Both the position numbers and the translations under genes were made by a program. 64,000 nt of DNA from positions 41,164-105,163 of IMG/VR virus record IMGVR_UViG_3300012928_000001. One strand, 5' to 3'. Under the pieces are notes generated by a model. The model ran no database searches, had not been told where the DNA came from, and saw nothing but the letters and a program-made list of their open reading frames with translations. Below are positions 55,043 to 64,000 of this stretch, piece by piece. Within the stretch, counting starts at the first letter, position 1. Every line of letters begins with the position of its first letter. Source of the DNA: a virus.

Positions 55043-57739
55043 ATGCGTCGCTTGCCGCTGTACACCACACGGGCGCAACCCATCGACCGGATTGCTGGCC
55101 TCGATCGAAACCCGAAGTGTACAGCGTGCGACCGACATAAGTCCTCTCGCCTTGTCTGTATTCAAGCGCAAGCCGTGCCGCGCGGGCCCGTCCAGGGCGG
55201 CGCCCTGATCGTCGGTGATTGGCCAACGGTCGGGGAGGAAGGGGCCGGGGTCGTGTTCTCCTCGGAGGTGAACTCGCAACTGCGCGCGTTCATTGAGTAC
55301 AACTATCAGGGCACCGTGGTCTACGCGTCCGCGGTGGGCTGCTCGGCTCGCGGCGAAGCGCCATCCGACAAGGAGATTGCCGCTTGTCGGCCCTACCTCA
55401 AAGCGATCATCGACGAAGCGAAACCTGAGCGCATCATCTGTCTTGGCAAGGTCGCTTATCGCTCGGTGCTCGGGACGAAAACGCCGGCGAAAGACAGCCG
55501 ACGCGGATACAATCACCTCGAAGACGGTACACCCGTTTTCATGTTTCCGACTGCGCGCTCGCAGTATGTAAACGTGTTTCATCGGCGGTGCTTTCTTGGC
55601 GACATGGTGTGGGCACTGCAAGCAAGCCCCGAACCTGCGCCGTTCGATATGCAGGTCGAGATCATCGAGACCGCCGACGACGCAAAGCTGGCATGCGACG
55701 AGCTGCGCAAGGGTGGGCGGTTCTCATACGACACGGAGACCTCGGGCCTGATCGGCTCGGATTTCTTCCGCGTGCTGTGTCTCGCCGCCGCTACGGCGGA
55801 CGCCGGTCGGGTGTTTCTGTGGGATTGGCAAGCGCTCCTCTCAGTCCGCGAGGATCTGGTCGAGCTCATGCGCGACGACACGGTCAAGAAGACCGGCCAC
55901 AACCTCAAGTACGATCTCAAAGCGGCGGCGCATGGCATCGCCGGGTTGATCGATGACTTTGGGCGGTTGCTCGTCAAAGGCGTCGACACCGACACGCTGC
56001 TACTGACGAAAATGCTCGACTCCGAAGTGCTCTGTCGCCTGGAGTATCAGGCCGAGCGCGTCGGGATGGGCGGGCACAAGGAAGAGAACAAAGCCGCGCT
56101 TGACATGGCCGTCGCGTCCATCCGAGCGGCGCGAGCGAAGCCTCGGCAACGCATCTTCCCCGGACTGTTCGAACCCGCAATGGAGGCCGCGCTGCGGCAC
56201 CCGCTCGTCGATGAAAAGTCGTTCGCGTTCGGGCTCATCCCGCCCACGATCTTGCACCGTTACTGTGCGCTCGACACCGTAGCCACTGCGCGGCTTCGGA
56301 ATCTCATGCACCCGGACATCGAGCGCGCAGACCATCACCGGCTCGTGAACTCGACATTCGTCCGGCCGTCGACGGGGGCGCTCGCACAGATCGAGAGCTG
56401 GGGCATGAGCGCGAGTCCAGACGCGGCACGGCTCGCGGGGCTACACCTTCGCACCGAGCGGGACAAGGCGATGACCAAGATTCGCGCGCTCGGATGCGAC
56501 ATCAACATCGCGTCGCCCGCCCAGCTGTCAGAGTACTTGTTTGGTCGGCTCGGGTTGCCGGTCTACGGGCGCACGCCGACCGGCGGCGCCTCGACCAAGG
56601 CGGAGTTTTTGAAGCCGCTCGCGGAAAAGCACCCCGTCGTCGAGCCGCTGCTACTGCACTCGAAGCTCGACAAGCTGATCGGCACATACGCCGACGGCTT
56701 GATCCCACACATTCGCAACGGACGGATCTACACCAACATCAATCAGGACGGCACGCGTTCTGGCCGATGGTCTTCGAGCTCGCCCAACTTGCAGAACATC
56801 CCGTCGGGCGGACCTTGGGCTAAGTACATCAAATCGATTTTCACCGCGCCGCCTGGACACCTGCTAATCCAGCTCGACTATTCGCAGCTAGAGCTTCGAG
56901 TCGCCGCCATGCTCACCGGCGATCCGAAGATGATCCAGATCTACAAAGACGGGCAAGATTTCCACCGCCGAACCGCGGAGCTCATCGCCCCGGCGATGTG
57001 GAAAATCGACGCGAGCCAGGTGACCAAGGATCACCGTCGCTCGGCAAAGGCCTTCAACTTCGGCGTTTGGTACGGGCAGGGAGACGGCACCATCGCCAAG
57101 AATCTTGCTGTGTCGCGCAAGATCGCGGCGCAGCTTCGCCACGAAGTTCTCGGACAGTTCACCGAGGCGGGACCGTGGATCGACGGGCGGAAAACCTACG
57201 CGCAGATGCACGGAATCACGTGGACCTATTGGGATGGTCAGCACGCCCGCGTTCGGCAGCTCCCCGACATCGTCTCTTACGATGACAAGCTCAAGTCGAC
57301 CGCCATGAACGGCAGTTTCAATACCGCAGTTCAGGGCACCGCCGCGCTGTTCATGGAGCGCACAATCGGCGAGGTCGTTCGTTGGATCTTGTCTTCTGGT
57401 CTGCCCGTCCGCGTCACCAACACAGTCCACGATTCCATCATCCTCGAAGTGCCGTTCCGTCTCGTGAATCTTGTGATTGACGTGGTGACGGACATCATGG
57501 AGAGTTGGCCTAGCGGCCCCGTGCCGCTCGTCGCTGACGCGGAGATTGGATCCACCTGGGCCAGCTTGCGTGACTACGCGTTGATCAAGAAAGTCGCCAA
57601 CTTCACCGCTCGGAACATGTTCACCGACGAGGAGATCTGCAAGGTGCTCGGCATCCTCACCGACCCCCCGACCAAGGCCCCGGATTTGGTCGAGCTCGGC
57701 GAGCTCCGGCGCCTCGCAAAACTCGTCGGCCGGCTGTGA
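55043..57739 (+). CDS. Family A DNA polymerase with N-terminal UDG family-4-like domain and 3'-5' exonuclease
   Basis: DTETSG, GHNLKYD, YCALD; TRSGRWSSSSPNLQNIP, DYSQLELR, RSAKAFNFGVWYG, VHDS. Confidence 0.95.
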   Translation: MRRLPLYTTRAQPIDRIAGLDRNPKCTACDRHKSSRLVCIQAQAVPRGPVQGGALIVGDWPTVGEEGAGVVFSSEVNSQLRAFIEYNYQGTVVYASAVGCSARGEAPSDKEIAACRPYLKAIIDEAKPERIICLGKVAYRSVLGTKTPAKDSRRGYNHLEDGTPVFMFPTARSQYVNVFHRRCFLGDMVWALQASPEPAPFDMQVEIIETADDAKLACDELRKGGRFSYDTETSGLIGSDFFRVLCLAAATADAGRVFLWDWQALLSVREDLVELMRDDTVKKTGHNLKYDLKAAAHGIAGLIDDFGRLLVKGVDTDTLLLTKMLDSEVLCRLEYQAERVGMGGHKEENKAALDMAVASIRAARAKPRQRIFPGLFEPAMEAALRHPLVDEKSFAFGLIPPTILHRYCALDTVATARLRNLMHPDIERADHHRLVNSTFVRPSTGALAQIESWGMSASPDAARLAGLHLRTERDKAMTKIRALGCDINIASPAQLSEYLFGRLGLPVYGRTPTGGASTKAEFLKPLAEKHPVVEPLLLHSKLDKLIGTYADGLIPHIRNGRIYTNINQDGTRSGRWSSSSPNLQNIPSGGPWAKYIKSIFTAPPGHLLIQLDYSQLELRVAAMLTGDPKMIQIYKDGQDFHRRTAELIAPAMWKIDASQVTKDHRRSAKAFNFGVWYGQGDGTIAKNLAVSRKIAAQLRHEVLGQFTEAGPWIDGRKTYAQMHGITWTYWDGQHARVRQLPDIVSYDDKLKSTAMNGSFNTAVQGTAALFMERTIGEVVRWILSSGLPVRVTNTVHDSIILEVPFRLVNLVIDVVTDIMESWPSGPVPLVADAEIGSTWASLRDYALIKKVANFTARNMFTDEEICKVLGILTDPPTKAPDLVELGELRRLAKLVGRL

Positions 57740-57764
57740 CTCGCAGCCCCGTTCGGCCTACGGT
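57735..57764 (+). promoter_or_regulatory. Conserved phage promoter motif, copy 5
   Basis: TGTGAC-N18(ending TTCGGCC)-TACGGT; 5 nt before ATG 57770. Confidence 0.75.
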
Positions 57765-57769
57765 ATCCC

Positions 57770-58213
57770 ATGACGAATCAGTCCTCCACGGCCCCCGCAA
57801 ACGCGGCTGCGCCCTTCGAGCCTCTGACCCTCGACCCCGACAACCTCGACGCGGAGCTGGTCCGCATCGTGCCCGAGTTCTCCCGCGCGACCTTCGAGCT
57901 CGCCTCGGCCAACCTCGTCGTCGCTTCGGCCAAGGCCGCCCGCGACTCTCTCGAAGCCAAGTACACCGTCGACTTTCGCACGACGGCCGAGATCCAGGGA
58001 GGCCGCACGAGCCAAGCTCTGATCGAGGCCAAGGTGGCGGGACTCGCCGACGTCCAGCGCGTGCGCCATGAGTACATCCGCGCCGTCGCGGCCCGTGACG
58101 GGATCAAAGCGCACGTCGAGTCGCTGCGCATGAAGCAACAGGCCCTGGAGCTGCTCATGCGCTCGCGGGTCGCCGAGATGCGCATCTACGGGTACCAGCA
58201 GACCACCGCTTGA
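57770..58213 (+). CDS. Helical hypothetical protein (possible UvsY-like recombination mediator)
   Basis: 147 aa coiled coil directly upstream of SSB and RecA. Confidence 0.45.
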   Translation: MTNQSSTAPANAAAPFEPLTLDPDNLDAELVRIVPEFSRATFELASANLVVASAKAARDSLEAKYTVDFRTTAEIQGGRTSQALIEAKVAGLADVQRVRHEYIRAVAARDGIKAHVESLRMKQQALELLMRSRVAEMRIYGYQQTTA

Positions 58214-58272
58214 TCTTCACCACTCTCACCACTTCACTACTCACCACACCAACGAAAGCAAACCGCTACACC

Positions 58273-59064
58273 ATGTCCAACATCGCAAACACGTTTGGCT
58301 CCTTCGGAGCCGAGGGGGCCAAGACCACCGCACAGGCCATGAGCTCCGGGGACTGGATCAAGTTCGACAAGGGCGTGCCCAAGTTGATCCGCATCCTCCC
58401 GCCGCTCGCCGGAGAGTCGCTCCCCTGGGTGCTGATCTATCAGCACTTCATCAAGGTCGGTGACAAGCGTCTCACCGTCAACTGCCCGCGCAAGATGAAC
58501 GTTGGCCCGTGCCCGATCTGCGAGGAGTACGATCGGCTCATGGCCACCGGCAACCCCACCGACGAGGCCGCGGCCAAGGAGAACTTCCGTCCCAGCTTCC
58601 GCGCCATCGCCCGCGCCATCGACCGCGAGCGCCCCGGCATGGTCCGCCCCGTCGGCCTGTCCGGGACCGTCGTCGGCCTGCTCAACACGATCGTCAAGGG
58701 CAAGCCCCCGGCGGTGCAGGGCGTCGACTTCACGCATCACGAGCACGGCTATGACCTGCTCATCGAGTACCTGGGCACATCGCCGTGGTACACGGCTCAA
58801 AAGGTCGATCAGCCCTCGCCCATCGCTTCGAGCGAGGCCGGCATCCTCGACATCGCGGCGAAGATGAAAGCCGTCAACCTGGCCGACAAGGCCAAGGTCT
58901 TCGACTACAACGTGCTGCAAGCCAAGCTCGCCGAGCTGCTCGGCGGCGGCGGCTCGGCGGCGCAGCCCGTCGGCGGCTTCGCGGCCATGCCCGGGGGCCA
59001 ACCCCAGCCGGCCCTCGGCGCGACCCCGGGGTCGACGATCAACACCTCCAAGGCTCCGTTCTGA
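58273..59064 (+). CDS. Single-stranded DNA-binding protein (T4 gp32-like)
   Basis: IRILPP, QHF, NCP...CPICE, GYDL. Confidence 0.75.
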   Translation: MSNIANTFGSFGAEGAKTTAQAMSSGDWIKFDKGVPKLIRILPPLAGESLPWVLIYQHFIKVGDKRLTVNCPRKMNVGPCPICEEYDRLMATGNPTDEAAAKENFRPSFRAIARAIDRERPGMVRPVGLSGTVVGLLNTIVKGKPPAVQGVDFTHHEHGYDLLIEYLGTSPWYTAQKVDQPSPIASSEAGILDIAAKMKAVNLADKAKVFDYNVLQAKLAELLGGGGSAAQPVGGFAAMPGGQPQPALGATPGSTINTSKAPF

Positions 59065-59083
59065 GCCACCCCCTGAGCAACGC

Positions 59084-59119
59084 GAGGGCGCCGTCAGCAT
59101 TGGCGGCGCCCTCTCTTTT
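59084..59119 (+). terminator. Rho-independent terminator between ssb and recA
   Basis: GAGGGCGCCGTCA-GCAT-TGGCGGCGCCCTC-TCTTTT. Confidence 0.75.
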
Positions 59120-59128
59120 GGTGATGCC

Positions 59129-60121
59129 ATGAGCGACGACAAGAAGAAAAAGAAGAACGACAAGACGATCGAAGAGCAGATCGCGGAGCGCTTCGGAGGG
59201 GCGTTCATCGCCCCAGGCCAAGCTGGTCCCGTCGAGCCCGTCGACGCGATCCCCACGGGCTCGATCGGCCTCGATCACATCCTCGGGATCGGCGGTCTCC
59301 CCCGTGGGCGCATCGTCGAGATCTACGGGCCCGAGGCCTCGGGAAAGACCACGCTCACCCTGCACTTGACAGCGCAGGCGCAAAAGATGGGTCTGGCCTG
59401 CGCGTTCATCGATGCCGAGCATGCGCTTGACCGCAACTACGCGGAAGCGCTCGGGGTGGACATGGGCAAGGTCGGGATTTCGCAACCCGACTGCGGCGAG
59501 GATGGGCTGGAGATCGCCGACATGCTCGCCCACTCCGGCAAGTACGGTCTGATCGTGATTGACTCGGTCGCCGCGCTCACGCCCAAGGCCGAAATCGAGG
59601 GCGACATGGGGGCCAAGCATGTCGGTCTACAGGCGCGGATGATGAGCCAAGCGCTGCGCAAGATGACCGCCGCAGCGCACAAGGGCAACACGCTGATCGT
59701 GTTCATCAATCAGCTGCGCTCAAAGATCGGCGTGATGTTCGGGAGTCCCGAGACCACGACCGGTGGCAACGCGCTGAAATACTACGCGTCGGTTCGTCTC
59801 GACATTCGCCGGATCGGGAAGATCAAGAAAGGCGAAAAAATCGTCGGCAACCGAACGCGGGTCAAGCTCGCCAAAAACAAGCTGGCGCCGCCGTTCCAAG
59901 AGGTCGAGTTTGACATTGAGTTCGGCAAGGGGATCTCGCGGTCAAAGGAGCTCATCGAGCTCGGCACCGAGTCAGGGGTCATCGACAAAGCTGGCGCGTG
60001 GTACAGTTTCGCCGGTGAGAGGATCGGGCAAGGCCGCGAGCGTGCCGCGGAGTGGCTCGAAGCGAATCCCGAGGTCTCGGAGCAAATCGAGGCCCTGATC
60101 CTGATGTCTCTCGAAAGCTAG
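59129..60121 (+). CDS. recA: Recombinase A
   Basis: [60 protein letters not shown]. Confidence 0.97.
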   Translation: MSDDKKKKKNDKTIEEQIAERFGGAFIAPGQAGPVEPVDAIPTGSIGLDHILGIGGLPRGRIVEIYGPEASGKTTLTLHLTAQAQKMGLACAFIDAEHALDRNYAEALGVDMGKVGISQPDCGEDGLEIADMLAHSGKYGLIVIDSVAALTPKAEIEGDMGAKHVGLQARMMSQALRKMTAAAHKGNTLIVFINQLRSKIGVMFGSPETTTGGNALKYYASVRLDIRRIGKIKKGEKIVGNRTRVKLAKNKLAPPFQEVEFDIEFGKGISRSKELIELGTESGVIDKAGAWYSFAGERIGQGRERAAEWLEANPEVSEQIEALILMSLES

Positions 60122-60122
60122 C

Positions 60123-60152
60123 TGTGACCCACGGGCCCGATCGGCCTACAGT
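60123..60152 (+). promoter_or_regulatory. Conserved phage promoter motif, copy 6
   Basis: TGTGAC-N18(ending ATCGGCC)-TACAGT; 5 nt before GTG 60158. Confidence 0.75.
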
Positions 60153-60157
60153 AGACC

Positions 60158-60523
60158 GTGCAAGCCATGCCAGAAAACACCGCCCCCGAGACCCTCCGCT
60201 CTGGGGTCATGCTGCCGACCGAGCACGGACCACTCCCGGCCTCGATCATCAGGATCAAGGCCAGCGAGATCATGTGCGGCGACTGTCTCATGTCGCCGCA
60301 CTTCAAACCCGCTCGCGTCGGGTTCCGCGAGATCACGGACACGGGCTTTCGGTTCTGGGATGAACACGCCCACGGGCACGACTACACCCCCGACGAGATC
60401 GTGCAGGTTGTGCGTCTCGACGGGCTGCGCTTTCAGGCATGGCCGACCGACGCGACTTGCCGCGCGTGGCTCGACAGCGCCGCCGAGCACTTCGCCGCCC
60501 ATCACAGCGCGGACCTGAACTAG
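60158..60523 (+). CDS. Hypothetical protein
   Basis: Starts directly after promoter motif. Confidence 0.6.
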   Translation: MQAMPENTAPETLRSGVMLPTEHGPLPASIIRIKASEIMCGDCLMSPHFKPARVGFREITDTGFRFWDEHAHGHDYTPDEIVQVVRLDGLRFQAWPTDATCRAWLDSAAEHFAAHHSADLN

Positions 60524-60525
60524 CC

Positions 60526-61617
60526 GTGACCCTGATCGGCTACATCGCTGACGTTCACGTCGGCAACATGGCCAAGGGCAAGGGCGAGACCGTCGCGGGA
60601 GTCAACGCCCGGGCCCGCGACACGCTCGCCGCCCTCGCGCGCGCCGTCGAGGAAGCGACCGCTCGGGGCTGCACGGTCCTCGCTGTGGCCGGCGACCTCT
60701 TCCACTACGCCCGCGTCGAGCCTCAGATTGTCGCGGCCGTACAGCGGATTCTGACGCTTCCTGCGGTGGTCATCGTCGGCAATCACGACGTGGCTTCCCT
60801 CGCCCCCGGGGACCACGCCATCGCGCCGCTCGGGGACCACGTGACCCTCGTCGAGAGGGCCTCTGTGGTCCCCGTGGGCGACGTCGACATGCTCGCCGTA
60901 CCCTTCGAGCCCGGACCCCCCATGGAGTGGCTCCCTGGGCGGCTGGAGTCCCTCCGACAGCTCCGCCGCCCGGGGGCCCGATCCCACCTCATGCTGCACA
61001 TGGGGATCAGCGACCTCGACACGCCGTACTTTCTCGATCAGAGCGCCGGGCACATCGCGGTCGTGCGCCTGCGCGAGCTCATGGAGAAGCACTCGATCGA
61101 CTGGGCGTTCGCGGGGGATTGGCATCGCCACCAAAGCTGGCCCCACGAGCGCGGCGGCATCGTGCAGATCGGGTGCCTCTCGCCGAACCGCTACCCGCCC
61201 GGCGAGCACGAGCACGGACACATCGGGCCGCTGATCATCTCCTCGCCGACGGGCTTCGAGATCGTCGACATCCCGGGCCCGCGGTTCGTCAAACTCAAGT
61301 ACGGCGCCAGCGAGATCGAGTCCTACCCGCTGCCCCAAAACGCGGCGCCCCTGTACGTCAAACTGACGTGCAATGAGACGCAAGAGAAAGACGCCCGCGC
61401 GCTGCTCGAAGAGTTCCGCGCCCTCGGGCAGGTAGTCGACGCAGAGCTACACGTCGACCGCGTGCTACAGCGCGCCGCCCAACGCACGGCCTCCCACGAA
61501 GCTCGCACCGCGGGCTCAGTCGATGAGGCTTTGCGCGTGTACGTCGAGACGATGCCCGTCGCGGAGGGCGTTAGTCGTGATCAAGTTCTCCGCCTCGCAA
61601 GGAAGTACCTCGCATGA
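60526..61617 (+). CDS. SbcD/Mre11-like metallophosphoesterase nuclease
   Basis: ADVHVG, AGDLFH, VGNHD, LH, GDWH. Confidence 0.9.
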   Translation: MTLIGYIADVHVGNMAKGKGETVAGVNARARDTLAALARAVEEATARGCTVLAVAGDLFHYARVEPQIVAAVQRILTLPAVVIVGNHDVASLAPGDHAIAPLGDHVTLVERASVVPVGDVDMLAVPFEPGPPMEWLPGRLESLRQLRRPGARSHLMLHMGISDLDTPYFLDQSAGHIAVVRLRELMEKHSIDWAFAGDWHRHQSWPHERGGIVQIGCLSPNRYPPGEHEHGHIGPLIISSPTGFEIVDIPGPRFVKLKYGASEIESYPLPQNAAPLYVKLTCNETQEKDARALLEEFRALGQVVDAELHVDRVLQRAAQRTASHEARTAGSVDEALRVYVETMPVAEGVSRDQVLRLARKYLA

Positions 61618-63476
61618 GGATTCGAAAAGTTGAGGGCGTGTCGTTCATGCGGTGGGGGAATGTCGAGGTAGCGCTACCCGCTACCGGCGTTGTGCTCTTG
61701 CAAGGCGCGAACGGACACGGCAAGTCCACGATCATCGAAGCCATTTCGCACGCGTTGTGGGGCAAGTCCGTCCGCGGCGCCCCAGGTTGGCGCAAGGATG
61801 AGGCCGGCGGGGTCCGGGTCGAGCTCGACGGGCTCACCGTGCATCGCAGCGTCTCGGCCAAGGGCTCCGCCAAGCTCCGGTGGTCCCGCGCCGACGGGAG
61901 CGACGGGGCGGCCAACTACGCGACGCGCACGGCCTCCCAGGCCAAGCTCGAAGAGCTCGTCGGCACCCACGACGTCTGGGCCCGCTCCTGCGTCTTCAGC
62001 TCCCACGAGGCGGGCAGCTTCACCACGCTCACGGACAAGGGCCGCAAGGAGCTGCTCGAACGCATGCTCGCGCTGGAGCCCTTCGCCGTGGCCTACAAGA
62101 GCGCGACCCGGGACCGGACCGTCGCCGCGCAGGCCCGCGACCGCGCGACGCATGAGCTCGCCCTGCACCGCGCCAGGGTCACCGGGAAGGGCCGCGAGCT
62201 CGCCCAGGTCGAGGAGGCGATCGAGGGCTTCCCTGATGAGGCCGAGCTCGCCGAGCTGCGCAGGCGGGCGATCGCCCTCGCCGAGCAGGTCGAGGCCTCA
62301 GAGCGCGAGCTCGCCGAGCTGCAAGGCAACGCGGAGCGCGACGCACAGGCCCTGCAAACTCGCAGCGCCACCGCGCGGGCGGAGCTGGAGAAGCGCCACC
62401 ACGACGCGCAGCGCGAGCACGACAAGGCCCAGCACGCCGTTGCCCTCGCTCGGGAGAGCTGCGCCGTGGCCTCGGCCAGGGTCGCCGATCTCGAAGCGCG
62501 ACAGGCCTCGAAGCGCGAGCTGGGCCCCACCTGCCCCACGTGCGAGCAGGGCATCCCCCACGACCACCGCGACGCGATCTTCGAGGCCCTCGACATCGCC
62601 GTCGAGGTAGCGGAGGGCAAGCGCACCGCGGCCGAGAACGAGGTCAGCCGCTTGGTCGATGAGCTCGCCGCCGCGCGCAAGTCGGTCACCGCGATCGTCG
62701 AGGAGGCCCAGGCCCTGGCCCACGCCCTCGAAGAGGAGCGCAGTGGCATCCTTGGGCGAGCGCGCGGCGTCGGGGAGGCGATCATCCTGGAGCGCGATGG
62801 CAAGCTGCGCGAGCGCGCGTCTCTCGTGGGCCAGGGCAAGGCCCTGCGCGCGCGTCTCGAACAGCGCGAGCCATGGCTCGCCAAGGGCGAGACCCTGCGC
62901 GCGGAGCTGGACAGGCTCGAAGCCGAGACGCAGGCCCTCGAAGTCCGCGAGCGCGACACGATCCGCGAGCACGCGGAGCTTGACGCGGTGTGCTCGGTGC
63001 TCGGGCTCCGCGGGGTCCGGGCGAGCATCCTCGCCCAGGCCCTGGAGACCGTCGAGAGCGTCGCCAACGACTGGCTCGCCCGGCTGGGGTACGCCCATCT
63101 ACGCGTCAAGCTGAGCCCACAGAGCACGACCGCGGCCGGCAAGGTCCGCGACGTGATCGACTTCGCCGTCGAGGGAGCCGGGGGAGGCTACGGGTACAAG
63201 GCGAGCTCCGGGGGCGAGCGCCGCCGGATCGACATCGCAATTCTCCTCGCCCTCGCTGACGTCGCCGTCGGGCAGGTCGCCCCGGACTCGACCCTTTTCG
63301 TCGACGAGATTTTCGACGCCCTCGACAGCGAGGGTGTGGAGGCCACGGTCGCCGCTGTCGAGGAACTGGCCCGAGAGCGCTGCGTGGTCATCATTACGCA
63401 CAATCCACAGCTTGTGGACCAACTCCCGAGCGCGCAGCGCTACCGCGTTCAGGGCGGGTCGGTCGAGCCCGTCTAG
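61614..63476 (+). CDS. SbcC/Rad50-like ATPase
   Basis: GANGHGKST, coiled coil with CPTC hook, SSGGERRR, LFVDEIFDALD, ITH. Confidence 0.92.
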   Translation: MRIRKVEGVSFMRWGNVEVALPATGVVLLQGANGHGKSTIIEAISHALWGKSVRGAPGWRKDEAGGVRVELDGLTVHRSVSAKGSAKLRWSRADGSDGAANYATRTASQAKLEELVGTHDVWARSCVFSSHEAGSFTTLTDKGRKELLERMLALEPFAVAYKSATRDRTVAAQARDRATHELALHRARVTGKGRELAQVEEAIEGFPDEAELAELRRRAIALAEQVEASERELAELQGNAERDAQALQTRSATARAELEKRHHDAQREHDKAQHAVALARESCAVASARVADLEARQASKRELGPTCPTCEQGIPHDHRDAIFEALDIAVEVAEGKRTAAENEVSRLVDELAAARKSVTAIVEEAQALAHALEEERSGILGRARGVGEAIILERDGKLRERASLVGQGKALRARLEQREPWLAKGETLRAELDRLEAETQALEVRERDTIREHAELDAVCSVLGLRGVRASILAQALETVESVANDWLARLGYAHLRVKLSPQSTTAAGKVRDVIDFAVEGAGGGYGYKASSGGERRRIDIAILLALADVAVGQVAPDSTLFVDEIFDALDSEGVEATVAAVEELARERCVVIITHNPQLVDQLPSAQRYRVQGGSVEPV

Positions 63477-63492
63477 TTCGGTCAAGATCTTG

Positions 63493-63522
63493 TGTGACTC
63501 GCTTGCAGATTTGGCCTACGGT
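63493..63522 (+). promoter_or_regulatory. Conserved phage promoter motif, copy 7
   Basis: TGTGAC-N18(ending TTTGGCC)-TACGGT; 5 nt before GTG 63528. Confidence 0.7.
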
Positions 63523-63527
63523 TAGGC

Positions 63528-63899
63528 GTGCAGCAAGTCAAGATCATCGCTGACGAGGAGACCATTCGCCGAGTCGAGCCCGTGCTCGAAGCCCTGGGTT
63601 TTCAAGTCATCGCCACGACTCCCAGCCCCCTCGCCGCCACCTCCAAGGCCCGCCGAAAGCTCGCGCGACTGCTCGGCAGCGGCAAGCTGACCGAGCGTCT
63701 CGCCGAGACGGTCGAGCTCTATGCGATCGACGGGTTGCCGACCGATGTCGTCGCCGAGCGCTTGCAGATCAGCCGCGCAACCGTCAAGTGGCACTTGACC
63801 GCCGCGCGTGCACGGATCGGAGGACTCCCTCAACGCGCGGGCTCGCTAGTCCGCTACATGTTCGATCTCCCGCCCTCCACCGAGAACACCCCATCATGA
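63528..63899 (+). CDS. LuxR/sigma70 region 4-type HTH protein
   Basis: LTERLAETVEL...GLPTDVVAERLQISRATVKWHL..ARARI. Confidence 0.8.
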   Translation: MQQVKIIADEETIRRVEPVLEALGFQVIATTPSPLAATSKARRKLARLLGSGKLTERLAETVELYAIDGLPTDVVAERLQISRATVKWHLTAARARIGGLPQRAGSLVRYMFDLPPSTENTPS

Positions 63900-64000
63900 G
63901 CCTCAACGACGACAACTTCACCCCCCGCTACTTGCTGCGCATCGCCTTCACGGCCGTGTGCATCCTCGGCCTGATCGGCCTCACCACCGCAGCGTTCGGC
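63896..64000 (+). CDS. Partial membrane protein (truncated by window end)
   Basis: ATGA overlap; hydrophobic N-terminal segment. Confidence 0.4.
   Translation, partial: MSLNDDNFTPRYLLRIAFTAVCILGLIGLTTAAFG

Larger units (their letters stand above)
1..64000. mobile_element. Tailed bacteriophage genome segment (contractile-tail myovirus morphotype)
   Basis: Contiguous portal-protease-capsid-neck-sheath-tube-tape measure-baseplate module plus phage-type replication/recombination block; no housekeeping host operons or att/integrase seen. Confidence 0.95.

Noticed and set aside
1-64000. Apparent abundance of TCGA, GATC and GAGCTC palindromes as a sign of restriction immunity or the MTase target
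   Set aside because: Readily explained by codon pairs (CTC GAC, ATC GAC, GAG CTC); needs a codon-aware k-mer test that I cannot run.
1-64000. Integrase, att sites, terminase, endolysin, introns or inteins
   Set aside because: No recognisable motifs in the window; these may lie outside it, so lifestyle (temperate or lytic) is not called.

Overview
The window is about 64 kb of a high-GC tailed bacteriophage with a contractile tail; no host chromosomal context is visible. Order: a collagen-repeat protein; a DNA-modification operon (ParB/Srx-like, chorismate mutase, C5-cytosine DNA methyltransferase, CmoA-like carboxy-SAM synthase); head genes (portal, gpF/gp7-like, XkdF-like protease, scaffold, major capsid); neck, sheath, tube, chaperone, tape measure, baseplate and fibre genes; a lipoprotein and membrane proteins; a structured non-coding region with tRNA-like elements; a leftward block (degenerate Dam-like, RuvC-like, dTMP kinase, vWA-metallopeptidase, MoxR AAA); and a rightward early/replication block (sigma factor, ParB-like, HTH, SF2 helicase, initiator-like, DnaB-like, primase, UDG-PolA, SSB, RecA, SbcD, SbcC). 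Terminase, endolysin and integrase were not recognised. The top finding is the coupled chorismate mutase + MTase + CmoA operon. Its MTase has Arg in place of the conserved motif X Asn (GNAV to GRAV), which predicts a self-contained route chorismate > prephenate > carboxy-SAM > 5-carboxymethylcytosine in DNA. One caveat is that the CmoA homologue appears to lack the Arg199 equivalent. Other findings are a 7-copy promoter motif implying leaderless mRNAs, 9-bp-period operator repeats, and a recurring hairpin + tRNA-like element architecture. All calls come from motif reading by eye; no searches were run.
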